Source: Selaginella moellendorffii (taxonomy: Eukaryota > Plantae > Lycopodiophyta). From it: a stretch of DNA of 64,000 nucleotides. Below the pieces are notes generated by a model. That model ran no database searches and was not told the origin of the DNA. It saw nothing but the letters and a program-made list of their open reading frames with translations. Location: contig NW_003314397.1 of NCBI RefSeq assembly GCF_000143415.4, positions 1 through 64,000 of the forward strand, read 5' to 3'. Positions 11,293-23,148 of this stretch are shown in pieces (the first letter of the stretch is position 1; each line of letters starts with the position of its first letter). Position numbers and translations under genes: made by a program.

Positions 11293-13949
11293 CCTTAACA
11301 CTTCCACATGTCATGTATTGATCCTCTTGTGTCCCTTTTCTAGAGACTCACTTACTGCTTGTTTCGTGCTCGTTTCTTGAGCATTTTATTGGGAGTTCCA
11401 CTCCCACTCTTGATTGTCCAAATCAGAGCTTTTAGTCCAAACATGTTATGCTCGTTTGGCTTCCACTTTGCCCATTACCACGTAACACCCTTTACGCTCC
11501 ACTTTGGGGATTAGGGATTTGTGTCTCCCAACAAGGAGCAAAGGAAGCAAAACACAATTTAAGGAGTAGAGGAATAGGAGTACAAAGTGACTTAGAATAG
11601 TTCTAGAGCTTCCAACATCCCAATGCCAGAACCAACATGCAAAATTGAGAAAAACAAGTCTAATGCTATTCTAACATACTAGTGGCCTAATATGAGGATA
11701 TGGGTACTCCATTAGCTCATATGGTATAGACCTGGGGTTTGAACCTAAGTTGAATGTAGGAAAAGGATAACCACACAAGCAGGAGCTAAATTATATCTCA
11801 AGTTGATTGGCCATCCCCCCCTCCTATTTAGAAACACATGCTTTGGGCTTTCACCCTAGTCCCAAAAGCTAGTCTCTAAAATAATTATAGAATCTTATTA
11901 ATAGTGCTAGATTGCAATTTTGGATACGGGAATAACACCATTGTGTTCAGAAAAATCTCTAAATTCCATAGATATGCTAAACATTTTCCATAAATAGCTA
12001 ATATGGCAAACCAACAAACAATCATTCATGTCAACTATCATAGCCAAGTTGAATAGATCCTGGTCAGCAATACTAAGGAATTTAAGTTGCTCAAGTAAGC
12101 ATCAAAACCATCTTACTAATATCTCAAACCCAATAGACTAATCCAGAATAAACCATAAAGAATATATGGTAATGCAAAATGCTAAAAGCCATCATAAAAG
12201 GTCATCAATCATCTATCAATAGAGAAATGCATAATCATTATCGAAGAAATAATCCATTATCCTAAAAAATAACAATTCATTCAATATTAGTAATAAGTAA
12301 AACCTTTGATAAAGATAATCAATTATCCTAGATAATAATCAATCATCATTTATGATTGCTAAATGCAAACACTTGTTGAGAGAGGCACCTCTCAACAGTA
12401 AGGAGAACACTCTCTCATGCTTCTAGAATCAAGCTCAAACATCTTTTTTGCGTAAACTCCTTTCAACCCTAGTAATAGAGGAGAAGGGGGTATATATCCC
12501 CTCTCTTGGAATATCCTTCACACCTCTAAAATATTCCAACAATAAAATATTCCAGGGAATCTCACTCTAATGCTATACATATCCTAATAGGTGAACACGA
12601 GGGATCACACTAAACTCCATCATATACAAGAACCTATGACCAAATTATTATTGAAGGCTCTAATGTAATGCCCAGTATCAACAATTACTGCAAGAAAGAG
12701 AACTAAAGAGAATACAAAGAAAAGAAAGGGAGGAGAAGAAGTTTTAGTGTTTTAGGATCAAGGGAAAACCATGTGGGGAAAACTTAAACACAAAATTGAG
12801 AACTTAACCCAAGGAAAGTGGAAAAAAAGAAGAAAACAATAATGAAAAAAAGAGAAAAATAAAGAAAGGAGAAGAATTCAAGAGAGAACAAGGTATTGAC
12901 CTAGATTCTAGCTTTTAAGGTCTCCAAACCTCTTGAAAGTTCCTCAAACATGGCTCAAGCTTGTTCCAAGCAAATGGAAGAGTAGTGAATATATTGCTCG
13001 TATGGTGAAATGGAAAGATTGCAACTATAGTGATGGATGATGAATGGAATGGTTGGCTAACTTGAATGGACTAGTGGTGGAGGGGATCTTGTAATATATG
13101 ATGTTCATTGAAGTTTCCAGCAACATATGTGGTAAAAGTTGGAGAAGAAAAAGTTTGCAGCTAGTAGCAACATCTATATGGATGACTGCATCTTGTTTTA
13201 TCTATGTAGGTTTAAAAAATAACGTTTACCCATTTATAGTGCCTAGCTTATTGCTGCAATCAAGGCCATCTAGCTAGTCAAAATCAGTTGTCAGTGTTTA
13301 ATATTTGCCAAAAAAGTATTGCATTAATAAAGTTCACTCCATATCTAGGCTGCTTCCTATTGCATCTACTGCATATGAGGATGGTAAATAATGTGATGTA
13401 AAGATGTCCTCAAATGGATGTGTTCATGGTGAGATAGGTAGAGAGAAGTGAACTAGACAAATGTAATGGGTGATAGACAAAGGTGTAGCAAATTTAACAA
13501 TGAGCAAATGATGATTATGAGTGACTTAAAATTATGGTATTGAGATGTGGATGAATTTAATGTAGAGAAGAACCAAAAAACCATGGGAGAAAAGCTAGGA
13601 AATAAATGAAATTCCAAATGATTAGAGTTGATGCCACCTCAAAACAAAAATCTAAGCCTAAGCCTATTATCATAAGGATACAACTCCTAGAAAGGTAGTA
13701 AGAAAGAGTGAAACAAAGAAAAGAAAGACAAAGAAAACAAAAAAAAGAAAAAAAAAAGTCACTATAAGAGAAGTTAGTGATGATGTTAGAAGCTATTGAA
13801 TGTGACTGTATTGTAGTATGTCCCAAGTGGACCAAGAGCATTCTAAAGGAGGCCAAAGATGCCAATAAATCTGGTTGTATCACCCTCCAAAGCTAAATAT
13901 TGTGTCAATACATCAAGATAGATTGCTATAATTACTATACATGGTTTGT

Positions 13950-14382
13950 CTAAATGGCTTCTTACTTAGTGAAAAGGATTATATCATGTGTTGCAGCAAG
14001 TTGATTTGCAAGTTTATGAGGTTTGGTATGACATCCAACAGGCCAATCCTCTAGAAAATGTGCATATGCAATAGTTGAAATGTTTCATATAAAAAGATCA
14101 AAAACAACTAGCACCACCTATAGATTCACCAATGTCTCCTCTTAATATTCCTTTAGATCCCAATCAGTCCATTAGAGAATCTTAATTGTCTTCCATCTTT
14201 CCGAAAAGAGGGGATGATGTGAGGTTCAAGTGTATGGCTACAATGCCATATATTAATATTAGCATAGTGGGATTTTGATAGCCATTGAATTGGTTTCAAT
14301 TTGGACCATTCGCTCCTATATATAAGCTAAGAAATTGATATGCATATTTTTGTATTCCATTTCCATATTCTATGCACTCATA
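13950..14382 (+). mobile_element. 3' end of another copy of the old Gypsy family: integrase tail, PPT and ~165-bp LTR (14218-14382)
   Basis: 13990-14045 matches 10810-10865. Purine tract GAAAAGAGGGGATGA is followed by TGTGAG...CACTCATA, homologous to 6049-6200. Confidence 0.65.
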
Positions 14383-14448
14383 TATCATCCCTGGATTCCC
14401 ACAGAAGAATTCCAGCTGAACATAAGGATTGGTAGTAAGAGTAGGAGG

Positions 14449-14834
14449 TGTTAGGAATCCCCCAATTCTTGCCACATTCCTGACTCTCGCCGGATTCCTG
14501 ACCTGCAGACCACATTCCTGACTCTCGAGACACTTCCCTATTCCTGACTCTCGAGACACTTCCCTATTCCTGACTCTCGAGACACTTCCCGATTCCTGAG
14601 TCTCAGACCACATTCCTGATGATGATGTGGCGCCTCCTTGACCTCAGCTATATTTAGGCCGTCCTCGATCCAAGAGTGGTGGAGCTTCATCAACCTATAG
14701 TATATATAGGTTAGCCTTGTTCCATTTCTCCACAATCTGAATCAATCCAGTCTAAGGCCTCTTCTTTGTTTCCACTAGCTTTTCTCTTCGTCTTTTTGCA
14801 TTTTCCAGTCTTGATCTTGTCAGGGGTCTTGACA
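14449..14834 (+). repeat. 5' LTR (386 bp) with three 26-bp tandem units and a TATA at ~14701
   Basis: Direct repeat of 19648-20008; ATTCCTGACTCTCGAGACACTTCCC x3. Confidence 0.95.
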
Positions 14835-14836
14835 GT

Positions 14837-14851
14837 TTGATTCAGATTGTG
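14837..14851 (+). promoter_or_regulatory. Self-priming primer-binding site (complementary to LTR 14731-14745)
   Basis: TTGATTCAGATTGTG is the exact reverse complement of CACAATCTGAATCAA, 30 nt downstream of the LTR TATA. There is no TGG tRNA-type PBS. Confidence 0.8.
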
Positions 14852-14933
14852 TTTTTTCGTTTTTTGATTTAGCTCGTTTTGATTGTTTGATTACCTTTGC
14901 CTTTTTTTCCCTCTTTTTTCTTTCTTCTTGCCA

Positions 14934-15905
14934 ATGGAGTCTCCAAGCCATCCTGATTTCTTTGTTGAAGTCCTTGCAAAAATCCAGTCTGAGAATACCG
15001 AGCTGAAGGCGACCCCTCTTCGCATGCAGCAGGAGCTTGCTTCACTTTCGGCTCAAGGATCCAGCAAAGTTCCTGAACCGAAGGTGAGCTTCCCGGCGAA
15101 TTTTTCAGGCAAGCGTTCGGAGCTTCGCAGATTCCTGAACCAGATGGAGTTGATCTTCGCACTTCAACATCGGCGGTACCCTACTCCCGAGTCTCAAATC
15201 GGCGCGATTGGGACGTTGCTCGAAGGTGCAGCTTTGTCATGGTTTTCTCCTCTTCTGGAGAAGAGCATGAAAGGGGTCGTGGTTCCAGAGCTGATGGATC
15301 TTTGATTGTTCAAAGAGAAGCTCGAAGCATGTTTTGGCAAGACGGATCGGGTTCGGGCTGCTACCACAAAGATGAGACGTCTCTCTCAGGGGTCTCATCC
15401 TGCTTCGATCTACGCTGCAGAGTTCCAACTCCTTGCTTTGGACACTCAGTGGGATGAGCGGGCCCTGATTGACCAATTTCGTTTCGGCCTCAACAACGGT
15501 GTCAAGGATTTGTTGCTCACCATGGAGGATCCCAAGGACCTGTCGGATGCCATCAACAAAGCTGTTAGATGTGACAATCGTCTCTTTGAACGTCGTCAGG
15601 AAAGTCGTCGTGCCGCTGTTTTTCCGTCCCAGACTCAGGAATCCCAGCTTGAGTCTTCGGGGCATACTCCTGAACCTACTGCTCCGGTTCCGATGGATAT
15701 TTCTGGTACTCCCCGACTCATTAGAGGGAAGTTGAGTCCTACTGAGAAGCAACGTCGAATATCTCATAATCTTTGCCTCTATTGTGCTGATCCTAATCAC
15801 AAAGCAGCTGTATGTCCCAAGAAGCCTCCTCGACTGCTCGAGTTCACTCTGCCTCAAAATCCACCTCTATTGCAGTCGGGAAACGACCCTGTCCAAATAG
15901 AGTAG
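14934..15905 (+). pseudogene. Retrotransposon gag with in-frame premature stop at 15303
   Basis: ORFs 14883-15305 and 15306-15905 share a frame. Gag motifs, PVPMDI and CCHC knuckle CLYCADPNHKAAVC. Confidence 0.9.
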
Positions 15906-18900
15906 GAGCTGTCTGTTTGGACTCCCCGAATAAAAATCACTTTTCTTCTTTATCAAGCTCCTCACCACCTTTCATCAAAGCCACCACCAATTCCCGCAAC
16001 TTCTGCGTCCCATGTCTCCTTTCTTTCACCGGACAATCAGGACTCAAGGCTCTGGCGTTACTGGACTCGGGTGCAACTTCCTGCTTCATGGACACGGACT
16101 TTGCTGCCCGACATCACGTTCCTCTTTCTCCTACCATATGAGATTTGAGGGTTGAAGGCATCGGCGGGCATTTTGTGTCTCCATCTTCTGGACTTAGGGA
16201 AACATTGCCCGTTCGAGTACACATCGGGTCCACCGTCACCGATATCGCCTTCAACATCATCAACAGCAAGTCCTCCTCTATGGTGCTCGGTCTTCCGTGG
16301 TTCCAACTACATCAGCCTCAGATCTGTTGGAAGGAATTACAGCTCATCTCTCCCACGGCTTCCCCTGCTGTTCATCGAGTCCGAATCAGGAAAAGTTCCC
16401 TAAACTCAAATCGGGGTTCTGTTCCTGACTCTATAAAGTTTTCACCCTCTTCTTTTTCCTCTCTTCCATCTTACACTGAACCGTATCCTTGTCTCATCAT
16501 TCCATTTAGTCGTACACCTCCTTCTATCTCCACAATCACTATGAAAGAACTCCTTCATGAAGAACCTCTTTTTCTTTTTGCTTTGCATGTTTCTCCTGTC
16601 AGTCTTCCTGAGAAGTATCATGATTTTGGGGATGTGTTTGACAAGAAAAAAGCTAGTGTACTGCCTGTTCATCGGCCTTATGATTGTCCCATTGATTTAC
16701 AGGAAGGAGCGTCACCTCCGTGGGGGCCTATCTACGGGTTATCCCCGTCCGAGCTTAAGGCCCTCAAAGAGTACGTGGATGAGAACCTTGCCTCAGGCTA
16801 CATTCAGCATTCGCAGTCCCCGGCTGGAGCGCCTGTCTTCTTTGTCAAGAAGTAGGATGGGAGCTTGCGGCTAGTCATCGACTACCGAGGTTTGAACAAG
16901 GTGACTATTCGGAACCGTTATCCACTGCCCCTGATCTCGGACCTGTTGGAACGCCTCGGCGGTGCCCGCTTCTTCACCAAGATCAACCTCCGTGGAGCAT
17001 ACAACCTGATCCGGATCCGGCCTGGTGATGAATGGAAGACTGTGTTCCGAACTCGCTATGGCCACTTCGAGTACACTGTCATGCCATTTGGCTTGACAAA
17101 TGCTCCAGCAGTTTTCCAACACATGGCGAACGACGTCTTTCGGGAGTTTCTTGATCAGATGGTGATCGTCTACCTCGATGACATCCTCATCTACTCAAAA
17201 ACTCAGGAGGAGCATGACGAACATGTACGCAAGGTGCTAGCGAAGCTGCGAGAACACGGCCTATACGCGAAGCTTGAGAAATGTTCCTTTGATCAGCAGT
17301 CTGTGGAGTTCCTTGGGTACATTGTCACTCCTGAGGGTATCACGATGGATCCTGCCAAAGTCAAGACTATTCTCGAATGGGAGCCTCCACAATCAATGTC
17401 GGACGTTCAGGTTTTCCTTGGCTTCGCCCACTTCTACCGCAAATTCATTGATCACTACTCTGACATTGTCCTTCCTCTCACACATCTCACTCGCAAGGAT
17501 GTTCCCTTCTCTTGGTCTGTTGCTGCCCAGCAGGCCTTCGACACACTCAAGGCAGCCTTCAGTTCTGCTCCTGTCTTGATCCATGCTGATTCCTCACAAC
17601 CTTTCTTCATCGAGGCTGACGCCTCCGACTTTGCCATTGGTGCTGTGCTGTCTCAACTCGGAGCGGATCACGAACTTCATCCGGTCGCTTTCCATTCTCG
17701 GAAATTCCAGCCTGCGGAGATCAATTACAAAATCCACGACAAGGAGCTCCTTGCCATCGTGGATTCTTTTGGAGAGTGGCGCCGTTTCTTGGAGGGGGCG
17801 AGCCATTAAACAACAGTCTGGACGGATCACAAAAATCTCGAGTACTTTGCCACTTCCCGAGTTTTAAGCCGTCGTCAAGCAAGGTGGGCACAATTCCTGA
17901 GTCGGTTTGACTTTGTTATCAAGTACAGACCTGGAAAGTTTCAAGGCCTTCCTAATGCTCTTTCAAGGCGCTCCTATCTTAGTCTCAGGCCTGGTAATCC
18001 TGCCTTCGATCAACAGGATCAAGTTATCCTTGGTCCTGATCGGCTTCAAGTTATGGCAATTTCCCTGGCCCCTCAGGACTCCTCCTTGATGGATGCAATC
18101 AGAAACGATCTTCAATCCGATGATCTCGCTAGCGACATCTTCCCCCATCTTCAGGCTGGACACCCAGTGACTCCCGACTGCCGGCGATTTGACGAGTTCG
18201 AGTTCTTAGATGGCTTATTGTACCATGGGGAGCAACTTTACGTTCCTGAAGGTGATGCTCGAAGGTTGGTCCTGATGGCGTGCCACGATAGCCCGACTGC
18301 TGGTCACTTCGGCATTGCAAAAACCTATGAGCTAGTTGCACGGGACTTTTGGTGGCCTCACATGGACGACTACATCAAAGCTTTTGTTACCTCCTGTGAC
18401 ACTTGTGCCCGGAATAAGGTACCTCGCCACCTTCCTTCAGGTTTGCTTCGTTCCCTTTCGGTCCCTTCAGGTCCTTGGGAATCCATCTCCATGGATTTCT
18501 TGAGTGATCTTCCGAGTTCTGGAGGCTTCAACAGCATTTTAGTCGTGGTGGATCGCTTCACAAAGATGGCGCACTTCTTGCCATGTACCAAGGAATTTTC
18601 GGGCGAGGACATGGCAAAACTGGTATTCAGGGAAATTTTCCGACTTCATGGGATTCCTACAGATGTGGTTTCGGATCGGGGGCCTCAGTTCATCTCTCAT
18701 TTCTGGCAACGGTTTTTGCAGCTGCTTGGAGTGAAGGCCAACCTCTCTTCGGCATATCATCCTCAAACTGATGGGCAGTCCGAGCGAACGATTTAGACGT
18801 TGGAACAATTTTTGAGGTGCTTCATCAATTATCATCAGGATAACTGGTTCGATATCCTTTTCCTTGCTGAGTTCTCCTATAACAACTCTGTTCACTCCTC

Positions 18901-19640
18901 TCTTCGAGTTTCCCCCTTCTTTGCGAACTCTGGCCGAAATCCCCAATTCAATCTCTCACTTCCTTCTCCATCTGAATCCTCTCGTTCAAATCCCCGCTCT
19001 GAGGCATTTATCTCCAACCTCTAGGAAATCCACAACTCCATCTCCTTCCACCTCCATCGTGCTCAGGAATCTCATAAAACATTTGTCAATGTCCATCATC
19101 AGGATTGTCCCCCTTACAATATCGGGGATAAAGTCTGGCTCCTCAGGCGAAATATCTCCACCACCAGGCCCTGTCCAAAACTCAATTTCAAACACCTTGG
19201 TCCTTTCCCTATCACTGCCATCATTAATCCTGTGACTTATCACCTTGCACTTCCCTCCTCATATCAAATTCACCCCGTTTTTCACTCCTCTCTCCTTGAG
19301 CATTATATTCCCAGTCCTATTCCAAATCGGGTCATTCCTCCGCCTCCACCAGTGCAGCTCGAGGATGGGTCTGAGTACGAGGTTCAGGACATCCTTGATT
19401 CCAAGATTTCACGGTGTAAACTCTACTATCTGGTGGACTGGAAGGGTTACAGACCTGAGGAACGCACTTGAGAACCTGCGGACAACCTGATTCATTCTCC
19501 TGACCTTGTTCAGGACTTCCACCGCCATTATCCTTCTCGTCCCAGTCCTCATTCTTTTTCTCCATCTCCCATCCCTCGCCGCTCATCTCATCCTCCTCTT
19601 CGTTCTCGTTCACATCCTCGTTCCACTCGTTCTTGAGGAG
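15812..19640 (+). pseudogene. Retrotransposon pol (protease, RT, RNase H, integrase, chromodomain) in the -1 frame, interrupted by in-frame stops
   Basis: LLDSGA, YLDD, IEADAS, H..H..C..C, SMDF/SDRG/QSER, GPF and EYEVQDIL...YLVDWKGY. All fragments lie in one frame, with stops at 16139, 16853, 17807, 18794, 19022 and 19469. The 3' end is approximate. Confidence 0.92.
15878..15925 (+). promoter_or_regulatory. -1 ribosomal frameshift signal (G GGA AAC plus downstream stem/pseudoknot)
   Basis: Heptamer in gag phase, 6-nt spacer, 11-bp stem 15891-15901/15912-15922; pol is in the -1 frame. Confidence 0.8.
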
Positions 19641-19647
19641 GGGGTGC

Positions 19648-20008
19648 TGTCAGGAATCCCCCAATTCTTGCCACATTCCTGACTCTCGCCGGATTCCTGA
19701 CCTGCAGACCACATTCCTGACTCTCGAGACACTTCCCTATTCCTGACTCTCGAAACACTTCCCGATTCCTGAGTCTCAAGCCACATTCCTGATGATGATG
19801 TGGCGCCTCCTCGACCTCAGCTATATTTAGGCCATCCTCGATCCAAGAGTGGTGGAGCTTCATCAACCTATAGTATATATAGGTTAGCCTTATTCCATTT
19901 CTCCACAATCTGAATCAACACCAGTCTAAGGCCTCTTCTTTGTTTCCACTAGCTTTTCTCTTCGTCTTTTTGCATTTTCCAGTCTTGATCTTGTCAGGGG
20001 TCTTGACA
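19648..20008 (+). repeat. 3' LTR (361 bp), two 26-bp units
   Basis: Direct repeat of the 5' LTR, preceded by the PPT. Confidence 0.95.
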
Positions 20009-20013
20009 GGAGG

Positions 20014-20432
20014 AGCAATACCATACCCTATAAATGCCGTTATCAACCGAATTTTATTGTTCAACTACAACCATATAGCATTGAGCAATTGCACCAACTA
20101 TTACTTTAGAGTCAAAGGAGGAGGATGTTGCTGCACTACCATGAAGATGAATAAAAAAGAAAAAACAAAAGAGAAGAAATTAAAAAAACTATAAAGAAAG
20201 GGAAATTTAGATGATGCAAAAGCTAGATCCAATCCAAAATCCAAGCACTCTTTAGGGATAATCAAAGTTGGTTTTCACCTCTGGAAATGGAATATAAAAA
20301 TATGCATATCAATTAGTCTAAAAACCTTAGCTTATATACAGGACCAAGTGGTTTGGATTGAAATGCCTATCAAAATCCCACTATACTAATATTAATATAT
20401 AGCATCATATAGGTACACTTGGACATCTCACA
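20014..20432 (-). mobile_element. Old Gypsy family 5' LTR/leader (host of the chromovirus insertion; continues at 14383-14448)
   Basis: Joining 14383-14448 to 20014 onward restores the reverse complement of ~6200-6555. The LTR reads TGTGAGATGTCCAAGTG... from 20432. Confidence 0.75.
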
Positions 20433-22044
20433 AACAATAATTAAATAAATTAAAAGCTATTTTAATTATTATATTATGAGTATATTTAGAAGTATTATTT
20501 AAAAAATGATCTATCTATAATGAAATTATTTTATAATAATTTATTATAATAGAAAATTTATATTTTATGTTTTATAATGTAATTTCTTTTAAAATGTCAT
20601 TTTCACATATATATTTTAACCATTTTATGTTAGATTAATAATTTATTTAATATCTTATGTTATATTATAGACTTTAGTGAATGGAATTGTTTCCATACAT
20701 TTTTGTAGAGTTAATTAACAAAAATACATTTAGATATGGAACTAAATTATGAAAATCTATATATCAGAACATGTATATTTTGAAGAAAGTGGTATTATAA
20801 AGATGAAAATGGGAAGGATGTACAAAGTTTTATTGAAAAAAGAACATATTTTACATGGGAGAATTTATTCTAGAATGATAAGAATTTCTAAGGATTAACT
20901 GAAAAGCTAAGAAATGTTTAGTGTGAAAATCTAGGTTTATTTTTAATATAGACTACATTTTAGTGGTAAAGTTTTCTAAACTTGACTGCCCTGCAAATTA
21001 CTCTAAATAACCTTCAATGTCTTGAGATTACTCTTTCTCCTCTAAAACTTGGTGTGGAGTTATATGTTTCAAAATATTTGAACCACTTCCTTGCTGCAGT
21101 AACCAGCAAACTAAGACGTAAAAACTATATGATTGCCATCATATATACTTGATTGAATGGTTAGTGGATTATTATATAACAAGTCCACTTGAGGAGATTT
21201 GGCTATTTAGATATTTCATTGTACTCACTAGCAACACCTTAAGACCTTGCCCAAAGTTTTTTAACAAACCTTAGACCATTAATGCTCTATAGAGCTTGAG
21301 GTGATAAGATGAACTTTCATATACTTTATAATGCAAGTATAAAATGTTATTATAAATTTAGTTTTTATGTCATCGAAAGAAGAGAAAATAAAACTCTAGA
21401 CATAAACAAAGAGGAGGCAAAAGAAATGGATGCATTGTAATAACATTTGTATGAAATGCTTTAGTTGTTGCATATATACAATTTATAGAAGATCAACCTA
21501 TTAAATGTTGTGCTAAACCTTATAAATTTATGGTCCAACTTACTATAACACTTAATATGGTCATTTTGATTGGGCAATGAGCCTCTTAGAAAAACATATA
21601 CTATAAATGAGGAAAATAAACCAATATCAACTCATTCACTTTATACTCTATATATGAATGATGATGATAGTTATATTAGTTTTGCTTGAATATGTAGAAG
21701 AATGCTTATCAAATATTGATCCCAAGATCTAACATTAGTAACTTGTGGCAATCACAAAAATAAATTCAACTCTATTAGCAATATTGGATCATAACTATAT
21801 AAAAATTTATATAGTGAAGCATTTTGTACCCTATGACATATGCATACCGGAGAGATGGCAAATAATCATCCTGATCCAATTCATGTACTTTATAATCATC
21901 TTTTTCAGTATTTGAGTGAGCCATTCTACCAAATCATTTGCCTTTTGATGATAATCACTCATGAAAGTGTAAGATATTCCCAATTAAGACATCAAAATGT
22001 GAAATGCCTTAATCATAAACGCAAGATCATTATCTGAGAGAATC

Positions 22045-22595
22045 TATAGCATATATAAATATAAGATGAGATTTGGATATATTATTACCATATATCCTTG
22101 GAACCTTAAGGGATAAATAGCTCTCCCCATTTTTTTTAGTTGGTTTAAGGGGAGAAAGATAAGATGTGTTATATATGGTATCAAAGCAAATTGCATAAGT
22201 TTAATTCCCATTGATTAGTGGCTACTGAAAAAATAATATGAACAAAGTATATTCCTACCCCTAAATTTGAAATCGTATATATTGGACATCCATATATACA
22301 TCCTTCCTCTTGTGGACTATCTACGAACAAAGGCATCCATTGTACTAATTGCCTCATATGGAATAGTTGGTCTACACATTGGAAGGATTAGTAAATTTAG
22401 TGTGGAAATAGAGGTATTGGTTCTCCTTGGCTTAGTAAGGGTTATTAGTTAATAGTAAATGAGGATATTAACATTTATTAAAGGAGGGTGAGTGTAGTGT
22501 ATATATTGTCACCTTAAATCATTGGAACTTTAAAGATAAATAGGGATAAAATAACTACTAAAGGCTCTCTCATTAAACAATTATCCCTTTTTCAC
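22045..22595 (+). mobile_element. Probable degenerate TRIM (non-Cassandra)
   Basis: Met-type PBS TGGTATCAAAGC at 22176, PPT AAAGGAGGGTGAG then TGT at 22493, and similar flanking repeats (TTGGAACCTTAAGGGATAAATAG vs TTGGAACTTTAAAGATAAATAG). Confidence 0.45.
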
Positions 22596-22610
22596 TATGA
22601 ACAAGAATAT

Positions 22611-23148
22611 GGTCATCCAGCCTAATACTACTCAAACCCAAGGACATTTAACTCTAATTATCTTAATTATTTAATTGATTCTAAAATAGGGTGTTATAGG
22701 TCCCTTTATATTTGAATCTATACAGATTATTTCTAAAGTTATTTTCATTAGTTATTTATAATTTACCACGATTCTCTACAAATTCACGCTTTTGTGAATA
22801 AAAGCTGAGAGTTACAATTCTCCTAAGAGCCTCACTCTCTTGATACTCTACTCTTAAAATCAAGCCTAGGTAGACCAAACTGAACCGCAAAATGTCAATT
22901 TTAATATATGGTGTGATTCATTTATCCAACCAACAAAGTTAAACTCGAGACCCTCTAATACCAAATGTAAGCTTTTGAATTTAGACTTCTTGAGGAGTCA
23001 CTTAACCTAATACTATTCAAATTGAAAGATGCTTAACCCCAAATATTTAAAAACTTTTAACCAATTGGAAAAAGGGTGCACTATTATTTCTCTTTATATT
23101 TAAACTTTTATAAATCATTTTTTTAGTTATTCTCTTTGGTTGTTTACA
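22611..23148 (-). mobile_element. Second, older Cassandra-type TRIM (left LTR truncated)
   Basis: LTR 22966-23148 is homologous to 9716-9909. PBS revcomp CCCTCTAATACCA. 5S-like GGTCATCCAGCCTAATACTAC at 22611. Confidence 0.75.

Larger units (their letters stand above)
14449..20008 (+). mobile_element. Full-length young chromodomain Ty3/Gypsy LTR retrotransposon (Tcn1/Tf1-sushi-like chromovirus)
   Basis: LTRs 14449-14834 and 19648-20008 (TG...CA, few differences), 5-bp TSD GGAGG (14444-14448 and 20009-20013), PPT GAGGAGGGGG at 19635, and gag-PR-RT-RH-INT-chromodomain order. Confidence 0.96.

Noticed and set aside
10734-11380. Low-complexity ORFs (RPRLRL, SISDSI)
   Set aside because: Translations of the tandem repeat.
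11534-13900. Further LTR-like termini (CCAACA at ~11533 and ~12541) and short hairpins (12374-12397)
   Set aside because: Probably TE debris, but I could not pair LTRs or find domains.
6049-14382. Single full-length element bounded by LTRs at 6049 and 14218
   Set aside because: The LTRs are quite divergent, no TSD is seen and the integrase tail occurs twice; at least two copies.
14474-14620. CRISPR-like repeat array
   Set aside because: Contiguous tandem units without unique spacers, inside a eukaryotic LTR.
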